From the IMG/VR virus record IMGVR_UViG_3300032316_000329, positions 101,115 to 165,114 of that record: a DNA stretch of 64,000 nucleotides, one strand, 5' to 3'. This DNA is from a virus. Shown in pieces: positions 30,718-39,916 of this stretch (within the stretch, counting starts at the first letter, position 1; every line of letters begins with the position of its first letter). The notes beneath the pieces were generated by a model. The model did not search any database, had not been told where the DNA came from, and saw nothing but the letters and a program-made list of their open reading frames with translations. The position numbers and the translations under genes were made by a program.

Positions 30718-30763
30718 AGAGGCCGGCGCCTATATATTTGTATAGGCACCAGCCTCTTTTTTT
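30718..30763 (+). terminator. Probable terminator hairpin
   Basis: AGAGGCCGGCGCCTATA...TATAGGCACCAGCCTCT plus T-run; two C-A mismatches on the + strand. Confidence 0.55.
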
Positions 30764-30775
30764 ATGGAGAAGAAT

Positions 30776-31582
30776 ATGGAAATCAAGATTTCAAGTGAAT
30801 TGTTAAGACAAAAAAAGTTATTTGTGGCCACGCCGTGTTATGGTGGCCAGTGTTTAGGTCTTTATGCCAAGGCCTGCCTAGACCTCCAAGCTACCTGTAT
30901 TCAATATGGTATTGAGTGCCGCTTCTCATTCATCTTTAATGAATCACTTATCACCCGAGCCCGCAATTATCTTGTTGATGAATTTTTGCGGTCAGGATGC
31001 ACCCATCTACTATTCATCGATGCTGATATCCAGTTTAATCCACAGGATGTTTTGGCATTACTAGCACTTGATTATGATATTTCAGGTGGACCCTATCCAA
31101 AGAAGTCCATTAACTGGTCTAACATTGTCAATGCTGTTAAGAGAAATGCCAAGAATGATAAGTTTAATCCAGGTGACCTAGACCAGGTTACAGGCGACTT
31201 TGTGTTTAATCCTGTTCCAGGTACCAAGTCATTTAAGGTAACTGATCCAGTAGAGGTTATGGAAATTGGTACTGGTTTTATGATGATTAAGAAAGAAGTT
31301 TTTGACAAGTATAAAGAAGAGTATCCACATCTTAACTATAAACCAGACCATGTTGGTCAGGCAAACTTTGATGGTTCAAGAATGATTCACGCATACTTTG
31401 ATACCGTTATTGATCCACAATCTCACCGATATCTATCAGAGGATTATATGTTCTGTCAAAATGCCAGGGCAATTGGTTATAATATTTGGTTGATGCCTTG
31501 GATGAAAACCACACACGTTGGTACCTACGGGTTCCAAGGTGACCTTCCAGCAGTAGCAGCATTGAGTGGTAATCTACGATGA
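30776..31582 (+). CDS. GT-A fold glycosyltransferase-like protein
   Basis: LFVATPCYGG, ESLITRARN, HLLFIDADI (DxD), GTGFMMI, YLSEDYMFC. Confidence 0.75.
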   Translation: MEIKISSELLRQKKLFVATPCYGGQCLGLYAKACLDLQATCIQYGIECRFSFIFNESLITRARNYLVDEFLRSGCTHLLFIDADIQFNPQDVLALLALDYDISGGPYPKKSINWSNIVNAVKRNAKNDKFNPGDLDQVTGDFVFNPVPGTKSFKVTDPVEVMEIGTGFMMIKKEVFDKYKEEYPHLNYKPDHVGQANFDGSRMIHAYFDTVIDPQSHRYLSEDYMFCQNARAIGYNIWLMPWMKTTHVGTYGFQGDLPAVAALSGNLR

Positions 31583-32178
31583 TAATTGGCCTGGTCGGTT
31601 ATATCGGATCAGGCAAGGGCACGGTTGCGGACCTTCTAGTCCGCAACCACCAATATCATAAGTTTGCCTTTGCTGATGCTCTAAAGGATGCGGTTGCAGG
31701 TATCTTCCTGTGGCCTCGTGGCCTTTTAGAAGGTGATAGTAATGCTTCACGGGCCTTCCGTGAACGTGTAGATGTTTGGTGGTCTAACAAACTCGGTTAT
31801 GAGGTAACTCCTCGTCTTATTCTCCAAAAATTTGGTACGGAGGCCTGTAGGCACGGAATCGCAGATAACATCTGGATTGCAGCTTTAGAAAAACGTATTC
31901 AAGGATATGATGATGTGGTTATAGCGGACTGCCGTTTCCCAAATGAAATCGATTTTATTCGGAGTGCCGGCGGTAAGATTATCCGTGTGAAACGTGGTGA
32001 TGACCCAACACCGGAACAGTTAGCAAATCTCCATGTATCAGAGACGGCATGGAATGATTATATCTCAGATTTTGTTATTCATAATGAAGGAACAAAAGAT
32101 GAATTGAAAGAAAACATAAAAATCATCTTGACACAAAATGAAAAAGATGTTAGTATATATTATAGTTTGACAATATGA
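31579..32178 (+). CDS. Deoxynucleoside monophosphate kinase (gp1-like)
   Basis: IIGLVGYIGSGKGT, FADALKD, TPRLILQKFGTE, DCRFPNE, HVSE. Confidence 0.92.
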   Translation: MIIGLVGYIGSGKGTVADLLVRNHQYHKFAFADALKDAVAGIFLWPRGLLEGDSNASRAFRERVDVWWSNKLGYEVTPRLILQKFGTEACRHGIADNIWIAALEKRIQGYDDVVIADCRFPNEIDFIRSAGGKIIRVKRGDDPTPEQLANLHVSETAWNDYISDFVIHNEGTKDELKENIKIILTQNEKDVSIYYSLTI

Positions 32179-32188
32179 GGAGTATATT

Positions 32189-32842
32189 ATGAAATTATCT
32201 GAGAATACCTTGTCCGTCCTAAAGAACTTCTCTTCTATCAATAGCGGTGTTGTTCTTAATACAGGTAAGGTTCAGAAAACAATCTCACCTGAAAAGTCCA
32301 TTCTTGTTGAGGCAATTCTTGAAGATGACATTCCTTCCAAGTTTGGTATCTATGACCTAAATCAGTTCCTTGGTAATGTTACAACTCTAAAGAGTCCTGA
32401 ACTATTCTTTGCGAGTGAGTCGGTAACATTGGATGATGGTGACTTGGCGTTAACCTATCATGCTTGTTCACCTAATCTAATCATTTCACCGCCTGAGAAA
32501 GAGTTGGTTCTAAAGAACGTGGATGTGTCCTTTGCACTACCTAATGCAACCTTACAGAAACTACTCAAGGTTGCGACCATGAACTCTCTACCAAACCTAA
32601 CGGTTGTTGGTAAAGACGGAGAACTCCGCCTAAAGATTCATGAGAAGGCGAATGATACTTCCAATCATGGTTCGTTAAAGATTGGTGATTATGCTGGTGG
32701 TGATTTCACCGCAACATTCAAGACAGATAACCTCAAGTTGCTTCCAGATGATTACAATGTAGAGGTTCAGAAGAACGCATTTGCCAAGTTTGTGAATGTG
32801 AAAAAGACCCTTACCTACTTCATTGCTCTGGAGACAAAGTAA
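32189..32842 (+). CDS. gp45: Sliding clamp
   Basis: MKLSENTLSVLKNFSSIN, FGIYDLNQFL, YFIALE. Confidence 0.95.
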   Translation: MKLSENTLSVLKNFSSINSGVVLNTGKVQKTISPEKSILVEAILEDDIPSKFGIYDLNQFLGNVTTLKSPELFFASESVTLDDGDLALTYHACSPNLIISPPEKELVLKNVDVSFALPNATLQKLLKVATMNSLPNLTVVGKDGELRLKIHEKANDTSNHGSLKIGDYAGGDFTATFKTDNLKLLPDDYNVEVQKNAFAKFVNVKKTLTYFIALETK

Positions 32843-33020
32843 TGAGAACATTACAAATCCTTGATTTGGTTTTCTATGTTGTGCTTTTTATGTTTCTTTC
32901 TTTTATCTCATGGAATAGTTTTCAAGAAGCATCATGGAAAGATAGATGTAGGGATGCTGGAGGTGTTCCAACATCCAATTTTGTTTGTGTTAACCCTGGA
33001 TCAGTAATAGAGGTGGACTA

Positions 33021-33317
33021 ATGGCAGGTATTGGACATAATCAGCAGCAACGTTCGGTTCAGGGTTTGAATGAAGGTGAACGTAAGCAACTCCGCAAGGC
33101 AGTCATGGAAATGAATGACTCCATGACCCGTCAAGGTGCCGAGCGTGAACTACAGAAGGAAACCACCGATGTAATCTGTGGTCAGTTAGGTCTAGATAAG
33201 AAACTATTCAAGCGTATGGCTCGGGCCTATTTCAAGGCGAACTTCAAGGATGAGGTTCAAGAGAATACAGACTTTGAAGAGTTTTATACCGCAGTTATGG
33301 AAAACACGGCATCTTAG
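33021..33317 (+). CDS. dsDNA-binding protein (T4 DsbA / GapR-like)
   Basis: Helical 98 aa: ERELQKE...LGLDKKLFKRMAR; GIGHN N-terminus. Confidence 0.6.
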   Translation: MAGIGHNQQQRSVQGLNEGERKQLRKAVMEMNDSMTRQGAERELQKETTDVICGQLGLDKKLFKRMARAYFKANFKDEVQENTDFEEFYTAVMENTAS

Positions 33318-33544
33318 TGAAATATATTATTCATATAAACAGAAACATCATCCAACAAAACGCAAGAAGAGGTGAAAACAAACCTGTTTGTCGTGTTCAA
33401 AGTGGTAAGGATGTTCGTTATTGTATGGAGGTAGATATTAAAGGACCATCTAGAATGGTTTATCGTCCAGATAGTCCACGACCTTGCGGTGCTAAGTTGT
33501 GGATTGAAACTGATAGTGATATTGAACTGATTGGTGAGGAATGA
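33317..33544 (+). CDS. Conserved phage hypothetical protein
   Basis: IHINRNII..N...V.I.GPS.MVY.P..P..CGA..WIET. Confidence 0.6.
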   Translation: MKYIIHINRNIIQQNARRGENKPVCRVQSGKDVRYCMEVDIKGPSRMVYRPDSPRPCGAKLWIETDSDIELIGEE

Positions 33545-34480
33545 ATGAGTGAATATTTGCTATGTGAAAAGTATCGTCCTCATAGTGTTGAGGAATGTAT
33601 CTTGCCTGACCGTATCAAATCGGTCTTTCAAGAATATGTGAACACTGAAAATATTCCAAATCTAATGCTAACAGGTCCTGCCGGTTGCGGCAAGACTACT
33701 ATCGCCAAGGCCATGTGTGAACAACTTGGTCTTAATCATCTGTTCATTAATAGTTCTGAGGAACGTGGCATTGATATGCTTCGAACCAAGATTAAGGGGT
33801 ATGCGTCAACCGTATCTCTTACTGGTGGTCGTAAGGTGATTATCCTCGATGAGGCCGATTATCTTACACCAGAGGCACAGGCAGGCCTGCGCGGAGCAAT
33901 TGAGGAGTTTAGTGAGAACTGCTCCTTTATCTTTACTTGTAATTTTAAGGCTCGCCTAATCGATGCTCTACATTCCCGTTGTGCTGTTGTGGACTTTGGT
34001 TTGAAAGGTGATGAAAAGCCTAAGATGGCATCTAAGATGTTCAAACGTCTTGAACAGATTCTAACTACAGAAGGCATTACATATGATAAAGCAGTCATCG
34101 TCAAATTGGTTGAGCGTTATTTCCCAGACTATCGGCGGTTGCTTAATGAGTTACAACGGCATTCTGTTTCTGGAAGCATTGATGCTGCTGTTGTTTCTCA
34201 ACTCGATAGTGTTCGTAGCCTAGGTGATTTAATCAAGGCATTGAAGGAGAAAGATTTCTCGGCAATGCGTAAGTGGGTTGTTGCTAATTCGGATATGGAC
34301 CCATCCAGGATATATCAAGAGATTTACGATGGTATGCAGCATTTTCTTAAACCAGAATCTATGCCCTATGTTATTGTTACTGTTGCAAAATACCAGTATC
34401 AACAAGCCTTTGTTGCCAGTTCCGAAATCAATCTTGTAGCATGTTTAACAGAGATTATGGTTGAGGCGGAGTTTAAGTAA
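33545..34480 (+). CDS. gp44: Clamp loader large subunit
   Basis: EKYRP, GPAGCGKTT, IILDEAD, LHSRC, YFPDYRR. Confidence 0.96.
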   Translation: MSEYLLCEKYRPHSVEECILPDRIKSVFQEYVNTENIPNLMLTGPAGCGKTTIAKAMCEQLGLNHLFINSSEERGIDMLRTKIKGYASTVSLTGGRKVIILDEADYLTPEAQAGLRGAIEEFSENCSFIFTCNFKARLIDALHSRCAVVDFGLKGDEKPKMASKMFKRLEQILTTEGITYDKAVIVKLVERYFPDYRRLLNELQRHSVSGSIDAAVVSQLDSVRSLGDLIKALKEKDFSAMRKWVVANSDMDPSRIYQEIYDGMQHFLKPESMPYVIVTVAKYQYQQAFVASSEINLVACLTEIMVEAEFK

Positions 34481-34875
34481 TGGTTGATGTATTTAAAGAA
34501 ATCATACCTTCTATTCAACAAACTAAAAAAGACCTATCTAACGAGGAAGGATTTACAAAGAATTATTTGCCTTTCATAGTTAATAGGTCTCTTTCATTTC
34601 ATTATGATTGTGTTATGCAGGTAAACGAAATGAATCGGTATCCTGGATTGGATAAGAAGATGCAGTATGATTATCTTTTACATTCTATCAGGGGTTACAA
34701 GAGAAGGTTTGAACCTTGGCAAAAGTTATCCAAAAATGAAAATCTAGAATTGGTAAAAGAATACTTTAACTATTCTAATGAAAAGGCAAAAGACGTATTA
34801 TCTTTGTTAAATGATAATCAAATCAATGAAATCCGTGGAACGCTAAATAAAGGTGGAGTTGCTAAAAGAAAGTAA
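34480..34875 (+). CDS. gp62: Clamp loader small subunit
   Basis: YLPFIVNRSLS, NEMN, QYDYLL, VKEYFNYSNEKA. Confidence 0.92.
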   Translation: MVDVFKEIIPSIQQTKKDLSNEEGFTKNYLPFIVNRSLSFHYDCVMQVNEMNRYPGLDKKMQYDYLLHSIRGYKRRFEPWQKLSKNENLELVKEYFNYSNEKAKDVLSLLNDNQINEIRGTLNKGGVAKRK

Positions 34876-34897
34876 CAAAACCACGGAGAACGAGGTA

Positions 34898-35314
34898 ATG
34901 AATGATGAAATATTGAGTGGATTTATTGAAGTGAAACTTCCGGATCCACAAGCATTCCTAAAAGTAAAAGAGACTTTGACTCGTATTGGAGTTGCATCTA
35001 AGAAAGACAAAACACTCTACCAATCTTGTCATATACTACATAAACAGGGTCATTATTATATTGTTCATTTTAAGCAAATGTTTATGTTGGATGGTAAATC
35101 TACCGATTTTTCCGAAGAAGATCAAGGCAGACGAAATACTATTGCCAATCTTCTAGCAGAATGGGGTTTGGTTACATTAGTGGATTCGGCCAAAAGTACC
35201 GAGCCGCTAACGCCTCTAAATAGAATTAAGATTATCTCCTACTCCGAAAAGTCAGAGTGGAACCTAGTTGCTAAGTATTCTCTAGGTAAAAAGAGATACA
35301 ATCCAGACGAATAA
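34898..35314 (+). CDS. regA: Translational repressor RegA
   Basis: FLKVKETLTRIGVAS, LYQSCHILHKQG.YYIVHFK, RRNTIA.LL.EWGL. Start ATG 34898. Confidence 0.96.
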   Translation: MNDEILSGFIEVKLPDPQAFLKVKETLTRIGVASKKDKTLYQSCHILHKQGHYYIVHFKQMFMLDGKSTDFSEEDQGRRNTIANLLAEWGLVTLVDSAKSTEPLTPLNRIKIISYSEKSEWNLVAKYSLGKKRYNPDE

Positions 35315-35329
35315 GATGGAGTTTATATT

Positions 35330-35944
35330 ATGTCAAAATTGAAACTATGGCGAACACATCCAAGCAATGTTCTTCCTCGAAAACAGACCAAAGGATCATC
35401 TTGTTTTGATCTAATGTTTCAGGGACACGGTAAAAGTGAGTATAGAGGATATACTCGCATGAATAAACCTTTTGATCGTCCTATGCATAATCAAATTGTA
35501 ATTCAACCGGGTGATCGTATTATAGTACCAACTGGTTTGATTATGGATATTCCAGAAGGCCACTCCGTGCGCGTCCATGCTCGTTCCGGTATGTCTCTAA
35601 AGCAGGGTCTTGTCCTTGCTAATGCCGAGGGTGTTATTGATTCCGACTATGTGGAAGAGGTAATGGTCTTGGTATATAACCTGTCCGACAATTCAATCAC
35701 AATTCATACCGGTGACCGTATTGCCCAGGCGGAACTAATCAAAGACGAAGATTATGAAATCGAGGAAACCGCTGCTCGGCCCGGTGTAAAAACTTCTCGG
35801 GTTGGTGGCATGGGTTCTACGGGTATCAAAACATTAGGTGAAACTATTACAATAACAGTAGCAGAACCACCACCATCAGCATTAACTAAAACTGATGAGA
35901 AAAAAGGCAGAGGGAGACCTAAGAAGAATGTTTCCGGTTCATAG
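35330..35944 (+). CDS. dut: Trimeric dUTPase with basic C-terminal tail
   Basis: VPTGL, RSGMS, GVIDSDY, GDRIAQ, RVGGMGSTG. Confidence 0.93.
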   Translation: MSKLKLWRTHPSNVLPRKQTKGSSCFDLMFQGHGKSEYRGYTRMNKPFDRPMHNQIVIQPGDRIIVPTGLIMDIPEGHSVRVHARSGMSLKQGLVLANAEGVIDSDYVEEVMVLVYNLSDNSITIHTGDRIAQAELIKDEDYEIEETAARPGVKTSRVGGMGSTGIKTLGETITITVAEPPPSALTKTDEKKGRGRPKKNVSGS

Positions 35945-37004
35945 AATACTCGATATAAGATTATGTGGTGCCATCACACAAGGTATGGGTTTAAATAGTT
36001 CTGTTTTCGTTAATGGAATATTAGCTGCTGTTGTTGGTGATCCTAGTAGTCATGGCGGCGGAGGTGCCGCAGGTGCTTTATCTACCGCAGCTGGCCTTAG
36101 TGGACTGAATAATCTTAGTGGATTGAGTATGTTGGGACAGATGACCGGAATATCCAATCTCAGTGCTTTAGGAAGTTTAAGTGGGTTGGAAGGATTAAGT
36201 TCACTAAGTGATCTATCTGGATTTGGTGGGTTTAATAACATACTACAAAATGTAGGAACTAACATTCCAGGATTAATGACATCTATGGATGGTATTGGTA
36301 TGTCTATGAGTTCAATAGGTGATGTTGCAGGAATAACTTCTACACTATCAAGTATTAGTGGAGTGTCTGCTGAATCATTAATAAGCAGCGGATTTAGTGG
36401 ACTTAGTGGTATGTCGGGTTTAAGTGGTATTGCCAATATTGGTAATTTAGGAAACTATATGAATATGGCACAGGGTATCACGGGTCTTGCTGGTAGTTTA
36501 GGAAACATGTCTACTGCTATAAATGCTGGCGCCGGGGCCATAGCAGGTGCTCTAGGCGGTAGTAGTGGATTACCTGGTGCTCTTGTTTCAACAGGTTCTC
36601 AACTTTTTATTCAAGGTGTTCCTGCTATTGCTGCACTCAAAGATTTAGGACAAACAGATTTTATAGGATTGATTACACATGTTACAGGTCTTCCTATACC
36701 AGGCGCAGGATCACCTAATGTGATGATGGGTATGGGTAGTGGCGCAGCCGCTCTAGGAAATATGCAATCTATTTTAGGTGGATTTGGTGCTTTGCAAGTT
36801 GGTGAGTTGGTTTCTATAGGATCACAGGTTGCAGGACAAGTATCCGGTTTTTTCCAAACAGGAGGTTCAGGTGCTGTAATGCAATTGAGTAATCTACAAG
36901 GATCAACAATTTCATCTGGTTCCACAGTTACGGGTCAAACCTCGGGGTATAATTTTACTATAGGCACCTTCTATGATTCTAGAGTTTTATCCGGTGAGAT
37001 ATAA
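35928..37004 (+). CDS. PAAR-like (gp5.4-type) spike-tip protein with a large Gly/Ser-rich insertion
   Basis: PVHRILD.RLCGA, SSVFVNGILAAVVGD..SHGGG; second half SQLFIQGVP...GSPNV. Confidence 0.65.
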   Translation: MFPVHRILDIRLCGAITQGMGLNSSVFVNGILAAVVGDPSSHGGGGAAGALSTAAGLSGLNNLSGLSMLGQMTGISNLSALGSLSGLEGLSSLSDLSGFGGFNNILQNVGTNIPGLMTSMDGIGMSMSSIGDVAGITSTLSSISGVSAESLISSGFSGLSGMSGLSGIANIGNLGNYMNMAQGITGLAGSLGNMSTAINAGAGAIAGALGGSSGLPGALVSTGSQLFIQGVPAIAALKDLGQTDFIGLITHVTGLPIPGAGSPNVMMGMGSGAAALGNMQSILGGFGALQVGELVSIGSQVAGQVSGFFQTGGSGAVMQLSNLQGSTISSGSTVTGQTSGYNFTIGTFYDSRVLSGEI

Positions 37005-37046
37005 AATTTTTCTTGACAAGTGATATAATTTTACTATATAATACTA

Positions 37047-37103
37047 GAATGATGGGCAGGAGTCCTTCGTTCCTAATTTCTCGCTAACTATAGGAGAATA
37101 CAA
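37047..37103 (+). promoter_or_regulatory. ROSE-like RNA thermometer leader of hsp20
   Basis: TTCTC-G-CTA/TAG-GAGAA hairpin puts a bulged G (UCGCU) opposite the SD; a second hairpin lies upstream. Promoter TTGACA at 37013. Confidence 0.6.
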
Positions 37104-37646
37104 ATGACTAAAGAAACACTATTTTTCGATCCTTTTTCTTTTACAACTGGAAATCTTCCGAAGACCATTATCGGTTTCGACCAAGTGTTACAGCGACTAA
37201 AAGAAGCAAGTGAATATGCACCAAAGATTCCATCATACCCTCCATACAATATCAAGAAGGTTGACGATGAACATTTTGTTATCGAAATCGCCCTTGCTGG
37301 TTTTGGAAAACAGAACCTTGATATTGAATTGAAGGATGATACCTTAACGGTCTCTGGACAAGTTGATAATGAGGACAAAGATTATATCTTCCAGGGTATT
37401 GCCAACCGTGCCTTCACCCGAAAGTTTACTCTTGCTGATACAGTAGTAGTAAAGAACGCGGAGATGGCCAATGGACTTCTTAAAATCTTTCTTGAACGCT
37501 TTATTCCGGAAGAAAAGAAGGCTAAACGCATAGATATTCTTGATCCTTTTGGGGTAGGTGAAACAACAAGACAACTCTTGACCGAAAGTGGAAAATCTTG
37601 GGCCGAAACAGCACAAAAGATGGCCTCAAATATGACTCCTAAATAA
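37104..37646 (+). CDS. Small heat-shock protein Hsp20 (IbpA-like)
   Basis: IGFD, SYPPYNI, IEIALAGF, GIANRAFTRKFTL, A.MANGLL.I.L. Confidence 0.95.
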   Translation: MTKETLFFDPFSFTTGNLPKTIIGFDQVLQRLKEASEYAPKIPSYPPYNIKKVDDEHFVIEIALAGFGKQNLDIELKDDTLTVSGQVDNEDKDYIFQGIANRAFTRKFTLADTVVVKNAEMANGLLKIFLERFIPEEKKAKRIDILDPFGVGETTRQLLTESGKSWAETAQKMASNMTPK

Positions 37647-37655
37647 GTGTAACAT

Positions 37656-37691
37656 GGACGGGGCCTCTGTTATCAAGCCCCGTTCTTCTTT
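37656..37691 (+). terminator. Probable terminator after hsp20
   Basis: GGACGGGGC...GCCCCGTTC followed by TTCTTT. Confidence 0.55.
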
Positions 37692-37702
37692 ATGAGGTTA
37701 TT

Positions 37703-38446
37703 ATGAAACTTGTGATTGAAAAACCCGTTACTGTAATCACGCCTACTATCGGTTCTCCAAAACTATTAGATGCTATTGAGTCTGTAAAGAAACAGACTTA
37801 TAAGTGTAAACATCTTATTGTTGCAGATGGTCCTGATGCTTATTTCGATGTTGTAAAATTATTTCCAGAACCACCAGAACTTGATATCACTGTTACACCA
37901 GAGAACACAGGCAAGACGGGTGGAAACTTCTATGGTCATCGTATCTATGCCGCATATCCACACCTAATTAATTCTGATTATATTTTATTACTAGATGAAG
38001 ATAACTGGTATGAACCCAACCATGTTGAAACCCTTGTTAACACCATCGAAAGTAAGAACCTGGATTTTTCTTATTCCCTCCGTAAAATTTATAGTCCCGA
38101 CCGGGCCTACCTTATGGACGACAACTGTGAAAGTCTTGGTAAATGGCCAATCTTTATGTCTCGCGGTTCGCCCCACGGGCCACAGTTCCTAATCGATACA
38201 TCATCATTCTGTTTTAAGAGAGAGTTTATCCAAAAGACTTGTCATTTCTGGCATTCTGGATGGGGAGGTGACCGTCAGTATCTTTATTCTATAAAAGACC
38301 ATGCCAAGTATGATACAAACGGCAAGCACACATTATGTTATCGATTAGATGGAAATGAAGGTTCGGTAACTAAACAATTTTTTGAAGTAGGAAATAAAAC
38401 ACAGGAACAATATTACGGAGGCAAGTTTCCATGGGTAAAGATGTAA
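37703..38446 (+). CDS. Glycosyltransferase family 2
   Basis: VTVITPT, AIESVKKQTY, LIVADG, YILLLDEDNW. Confidence 0.88.
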   Translation: MKLVIEKPVTVITPTIGSPKLLDAIESVKKQTYKCKHLIVADGPDAYFDVVKLFPEPPELDITVTPENTGKTGGNFYGHRIYAAYPHLINSDYILLLDEDNWYEPNHVETLVNTIESKNLDFSYSLRKIYSPDRAYLMDDNCESLGKWPIFMSRGSPHGPQFLIDTSSFCFKREFIQKTCHFWHSGWGGDRQYLYSIKDHAKYDTNGKHTLCYRLDGNEGSVTKQFFEVGNKTQEQYYGGKFPWVKM

Positions 38447-39345
38447 TCATAGGCGTAGTGGATAACTATGACTGGGATAAAATTAAGTATTGGGCCAACT
38501 CCATTAAGCAATCAGGTTTTGACGGTCATAAGGCATTGATCGTTTATAACATGAATGCTGAAACATCTAAAAAACTTTCTAGCGAAGGTTTTATTGTTGT
38601 TGGTTGTAATGAATATAGTGAAGAAAAAGGTTTTAGTTTCGATACATCAAAGCGAAGTATTATGGTAGATCGTTTCTTTAACATTCATAACTTCTTAAAC
38701 ATGCTACAAGACCCTACTGATGTTGAGCGTGTGATTATTACAGACGTTCGTGATGTGGTGTTTCAGGTTAATCCAACTGAATGGTTAAACACATTCTTTC
38801 TACCTCAATATAATCTGCTGGTTGGTTCCGAGAATATGCTTTATAAGGATGAACCATGGGGTCGTAACAACATGCTACAATCTTTTGGTGAGTATTTTTA
38901 TGATCGCCTAAAGGATGAACGCATTATCTGTGCCGGCGTTATTGCTGGCACTCTGGAAGATGTTCGTGATCTTTGTCTAACACTATGGTTAGTTTGTCGC
39001 AATATGAATCCCCATGTTCCAGGAGGAGGCGGGCCAGACCAGGCGACCCTTAATATCTTACTTGATACGGTTGTTCATAAATATACAACTTTCTTTACTG
39101 AACCTGTTGACGGTTGGGTTGTTCATGCTGGTACCTCTATGGATGCTGTCCGTGCTGGTTCTGGTGGTATTGGTGAGGCATATCTAAAAGATCCTAGTAT
39201 CAATCTACCATTCGTAAATAATATTGAGTATTCTGTTATTAACAATAAAATTGCTGCTAATCAAACACCATTAACAATTGTCCATCAATGGGACCGTGTG
39301 CCCGCGTGGAAGAAACTGATTGAGGAAAAATATGGCTCTAACTGA
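38431..39345 (+). CDS. GT-A fold glycosyltransferase-like protein
   Basis: DRF, IITDVRDVVFQ.NP, CAGVIAG, DQA.LN, IVHQWDR. Confidence 0.75.
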   Translation: MGKDVIIGVVDNYDWDKIKYWANSIKQSGFDGHKALIVYNMNAETSKKLSSEGFIVVGCNEYSEEKGFSFDTSKRSIMVDRFFNIHNFLNMLQDPTDVERVIITDVRDVVFQVNPTEWLNTFFLPQYNLLVGSENMLYKDEPWGRNNMLQSFGEYFYDRLKDERIICAGVIAGTLEDVRDLCLTLWLVCRNMNPHVPGGGGPDQATLNILLDTVVHKYTTFFTEPVDGWVVHAGTSMDAVRAGSGGIGEAYLKDPSINLPFVNNIEYSVINNKIAANQTPLTIVHQWDRVPAWKKLIEEKYGSN

Positions 39346-39916
39346 TGAAGATTTTAAGACTATTGAGGAACTAGGTGACGCATATCCACAGGAGTGGATT
39401 TCTAACAAAGGATTGGTTCCGTATATCAAGAGACTAGGCGAGAAACTAAAAGGTATTGAGATTGGTACCTGCCGTGCCGAAAGTACCGCATACTTTCTTG
39501 AAAAGTGTCCGAATATTGACCTTCTAACAACGATTGATCCTTATAAAGGTTATCAGGATTGGAATGGTGAGATTACACAGGAGACGGTTGATCGTTTCAT
39601 GGAAGTCGCCAAAAAGAACTTAAAGCAATATGGTAAGCGTGTTAAGATGCTCCGAGAGGAATCTACCGGTGTTGCTGATACATTCAAGGACAAATCCATA
39701 GATTTCATCTTTGTTGATGGCGATCATTCTTATGATGCTACCTTGGCAGATTGTGAAGCATATTATTCCAAACTGAAAAGCGGCGGCCTATTTTGTGGCC
39801 ACGATTATCAAACTATTGAAAGTGTTAAACGATCTGTTGATGATTTTCGCGCAAAGCACAAGATTACCTCACCAGTCAATCTAACAACAAACTCGGCATT
39901 TTTTTGGTATAAGTAA
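39332..39916 (+). CDS. Class I SAM-dependent methyltransferase (Methyltransf_24-like)
   Basis: GIEIGT, IDPY, DFIFVDGDHSY, LKSGGLFCGHDY. Confidence 0.88.
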   Translation: MALTDEDFKTIEELGDAYPQEWISNKGLVPYIKRLGEKLKGIEIGTCRAESTAYFLEKCPNIDLLTTIDPYKGYQDWNGEITQETVDRFMEVAKKNLKQYGKRVKMLREESTGVADTFKDKSIDFIFVDGDHSYDATLADCEAYYSKLKSGGLFCGHDYQTIESVKRSVDDFRAKHKITSPVNLTTNSAFFWYK

